Source: Mobula hypostoma | Lineage: Eukaryota | Assembly (NCBI RefSeq): GCF_963921235.1 | Contig: NC_086098.1 | Coordinates: forward strand, 5,580,001-5,644,000 | DNA length: 64,000 nt | Reading direction: 5' to 3' | Shown here: piece after piece, positions 61,967 through 64,000 of the stretch | How the letters are laid out: each line of letters opens with the position of its first letter | Numbering within the stretch: the stretch's first letter is position 1 | Notes under the pieces: generated by a model | What the model was told of the DNA's origin: nothing | Seen by the model: only the letters and a program-made list of their open reading frames with translations | Databases searched by the model: none | Made by a program: the position numbers and the translations under genes

Positions 61967-64000
61967 CCATTCCCAAATATTGATTGGCATCTCCCTAGAG
62001 TGAGGGGTTTAGATAGGGTGGAGTTTGTTAGGTGTGTTCAGGAAGGTTTCTTGACACAATATGTAGATAAGCCTAAAAGAGAAGAGGCTGTACTTGATCT
62101 TTATTGTGAAATGAAGGCGTCAGGTCTCTCAGTGGGAGAGTATTTTGGAGATAGTGATCACAATTCTATCTCCTTTATCATAGCATTGGAGAGGGATAGG
62201 AATAGACAAGTTAGGGAAATGTTTAACTGGAGTAAGAGGAAATATGCAGCTATCAGGCAGTAACTTGGAAGCACAAATTGGAAACAGATGTACTCAGGAA
62301 AATGTATTGAAGAAATGTGGCAAATGTTCAGGGTATATTTGCTTGGGGTTCTGCATAGGTACGTTCCAATGAGACAGGGAAAGGATTGTGAGCTATAGGA
62401 ACCATGGGGTACAAAGGCTGTTGTAAATCTAGTCGAGAGGAAAAGAAAAGCTTACAAAAGGTGTAAAACACTAGCTAATGATAGAGATCTAGAAGATTAT
62501 AAGGCTAGCAGGATGGAGTTTAAGAATGAAATTAGGAGAGCCTGAAGGGCCCATGAGAAGGCCTTGGTGGACAGCATTAAGAAAAACCCCAATGCATTCT
62601 AAAGCATGTGAAGAGCAAGAGGATATGATGTGAGAGAATATGACTAATCAAGTGTGACAGTGGAAAAGTGTGTTTGGAACTGGAGGAGATAGCAGAGTTA
62701 CTTAATGAATACTTTGCTTCAGTATTCACCATGGAAAAGGATCTTGGCGATTGTAGAGATGACTTGCAGCGGACAGAGAGGTTTGAGCATATAGATATTA
62801 AGGAAGAAAATGTGCTGGAGCTTTTGGAAAGCATCAAGTTAGATAAGTTACCAGGACCAGATGGGATGTACCCCAGGCTACTGTGGGGATCGAGGGAGGA
62901 GATTGCTGAGCCTCTGGTGATGATCTTTGCATCATCAATGAGGACGGGAGAGCTTCCGGTGGATTGGTGGGTTGCGGATGTTGTTCCCGTATTCAAGAAG
63001 GGGAGTAGAGATAGCCCAGGAAATTATAGGCCAGTGAGTCTTACTTCAGTGGTTGGTAAGTTGATGGAGAAGATCCTGAGAGTCAGGATTTATGAACATT
63101 TGGAGAGGCATAATATGATTAGGAATAGTCAGCATGGCTTTGTCATAGGCAGGTTGTGCCTTACGAGCCTGATTGAATTTTTTGAGGATGTGACTAAACA
63201 CATTGATGAAGGTAGAGCAGTAGATGCACTGTATATGGATTTCAGCATGGCATTTGATAAGGTACTCCATGTGAGGCTTATTGAGAAGGTAAGAAGGCAT
63301 AGGATCCAAGGGAACATTGCTTTGTGGATCCAGAACTAGCTTGCCAACAGAGGGCAAAGAGTGGTTGTAGATGGGTCATATTCTGCATGGAGGTCGGTGA
63401 CCAGTGGTGTGCCTCAGGGATCTGTTCTGGAACTCCTACTCTTCATGATTTTTATAAATGACCTGGATGAGGAAGTGGAGGGACGGGTTAGTAAATTTGC
63501 TGATGACACAAAGGTTGGGGGTGTTGTGGATAGTGTGGAGGGCTGTCAGAGGTTACAGTGGGTCATTGAAAGGATGCAAAACTGGGTTGAGAAGTGGCAG
63601 CTGGAGTTCAACCCAGATAAGCGTGAGGTGGTTCATTTTGCTGGGTCAAATATGATGGCAGAATATTGCATTAATGGCAAGACTCTTTGCAGTGTGGAGG
63701 ATCAGAGGGATCTTGGGGTCAGAGTCCATAGGACACTCAAAGCTGCTATGCAGGTTGACTTCGTGGTGCATTGGCCTTCATCAACCGTGGGATTGAGTTT
63801 AAGAGCAGAGACGGAATGTTGCAGCTATATAGGGCCCTGGTCAGACCCCACTTGGAGTACTGTGGTTGCCTCACTACAGGAAGGACGTGCAAACCATAGA
63901 AAGGGTGCAGAGGAGATTTACCAGGATGTTGCCTGGATTGGGGAGCATGCCTTATGAGAATAGGTTGAGTGAACTCGGCCTTTTCACCTTGGAGTGACGG

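Larger units (their letters stand above)
57040..64000 (+). mobile_element. Long CR1 LINE (5' UTR, ORF1, EN, RT; runs off the window edge) hosting three nested CR1 copies
   Basis: ORF1 at about 57243-57915 (IGDSIVRG, IGTN); EN split FN|FPNIDW at about 58248/61969; RT ORFs 62668-63339 and 63361-63957. Confidence 0.88.

Overview
Eukaryotic, vertebrate-type intergenic or deep-intronic DNA made mostly of transposable-element remnants. The repeat set (several CR1 LINE subfamilies with SGNH-esterase ORF1, Rex1/Babar, RTE, Penelope-like GIY-YIG elements, V-domain tRNA SINEs, a decayed Gypsy element, Tc1-like MITEs) suggests a cartilaginous fish, probably a ray; this is an inference. I recognise no host protein-coding gene, and the recognisable ORFs in the track are TE fragments. 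The most notable signals are at the RNA level. (1) A well-preserved HDV-like self-cleaving ribozyme fold lies at the exact 5' end of a ~570-bp non-autonomous RTE-type element (36947-37130). (2) A second HDV-like fold, lacking P4 and resembling CPEB3, can be rebuilt from two decayed copies of another RTE family (8390-8558 and 35840-35995). (3) Minimal hammerhead ribozyme motifs occur in three Penelope-like families, with an intact copy at 20427-20464. (4) Short Penelope-derived fold-back inserts carry 13-14-bp TSDs. (5) A near-complete, apparently ORF1-less CR1/Jockey-group LINE with a highly structured leader (36060-42890) is split by nested insertions whose TSDs can mostly be read. Element boundaries are approximate unless a TSD is quoted, and no folding or database searches were run.
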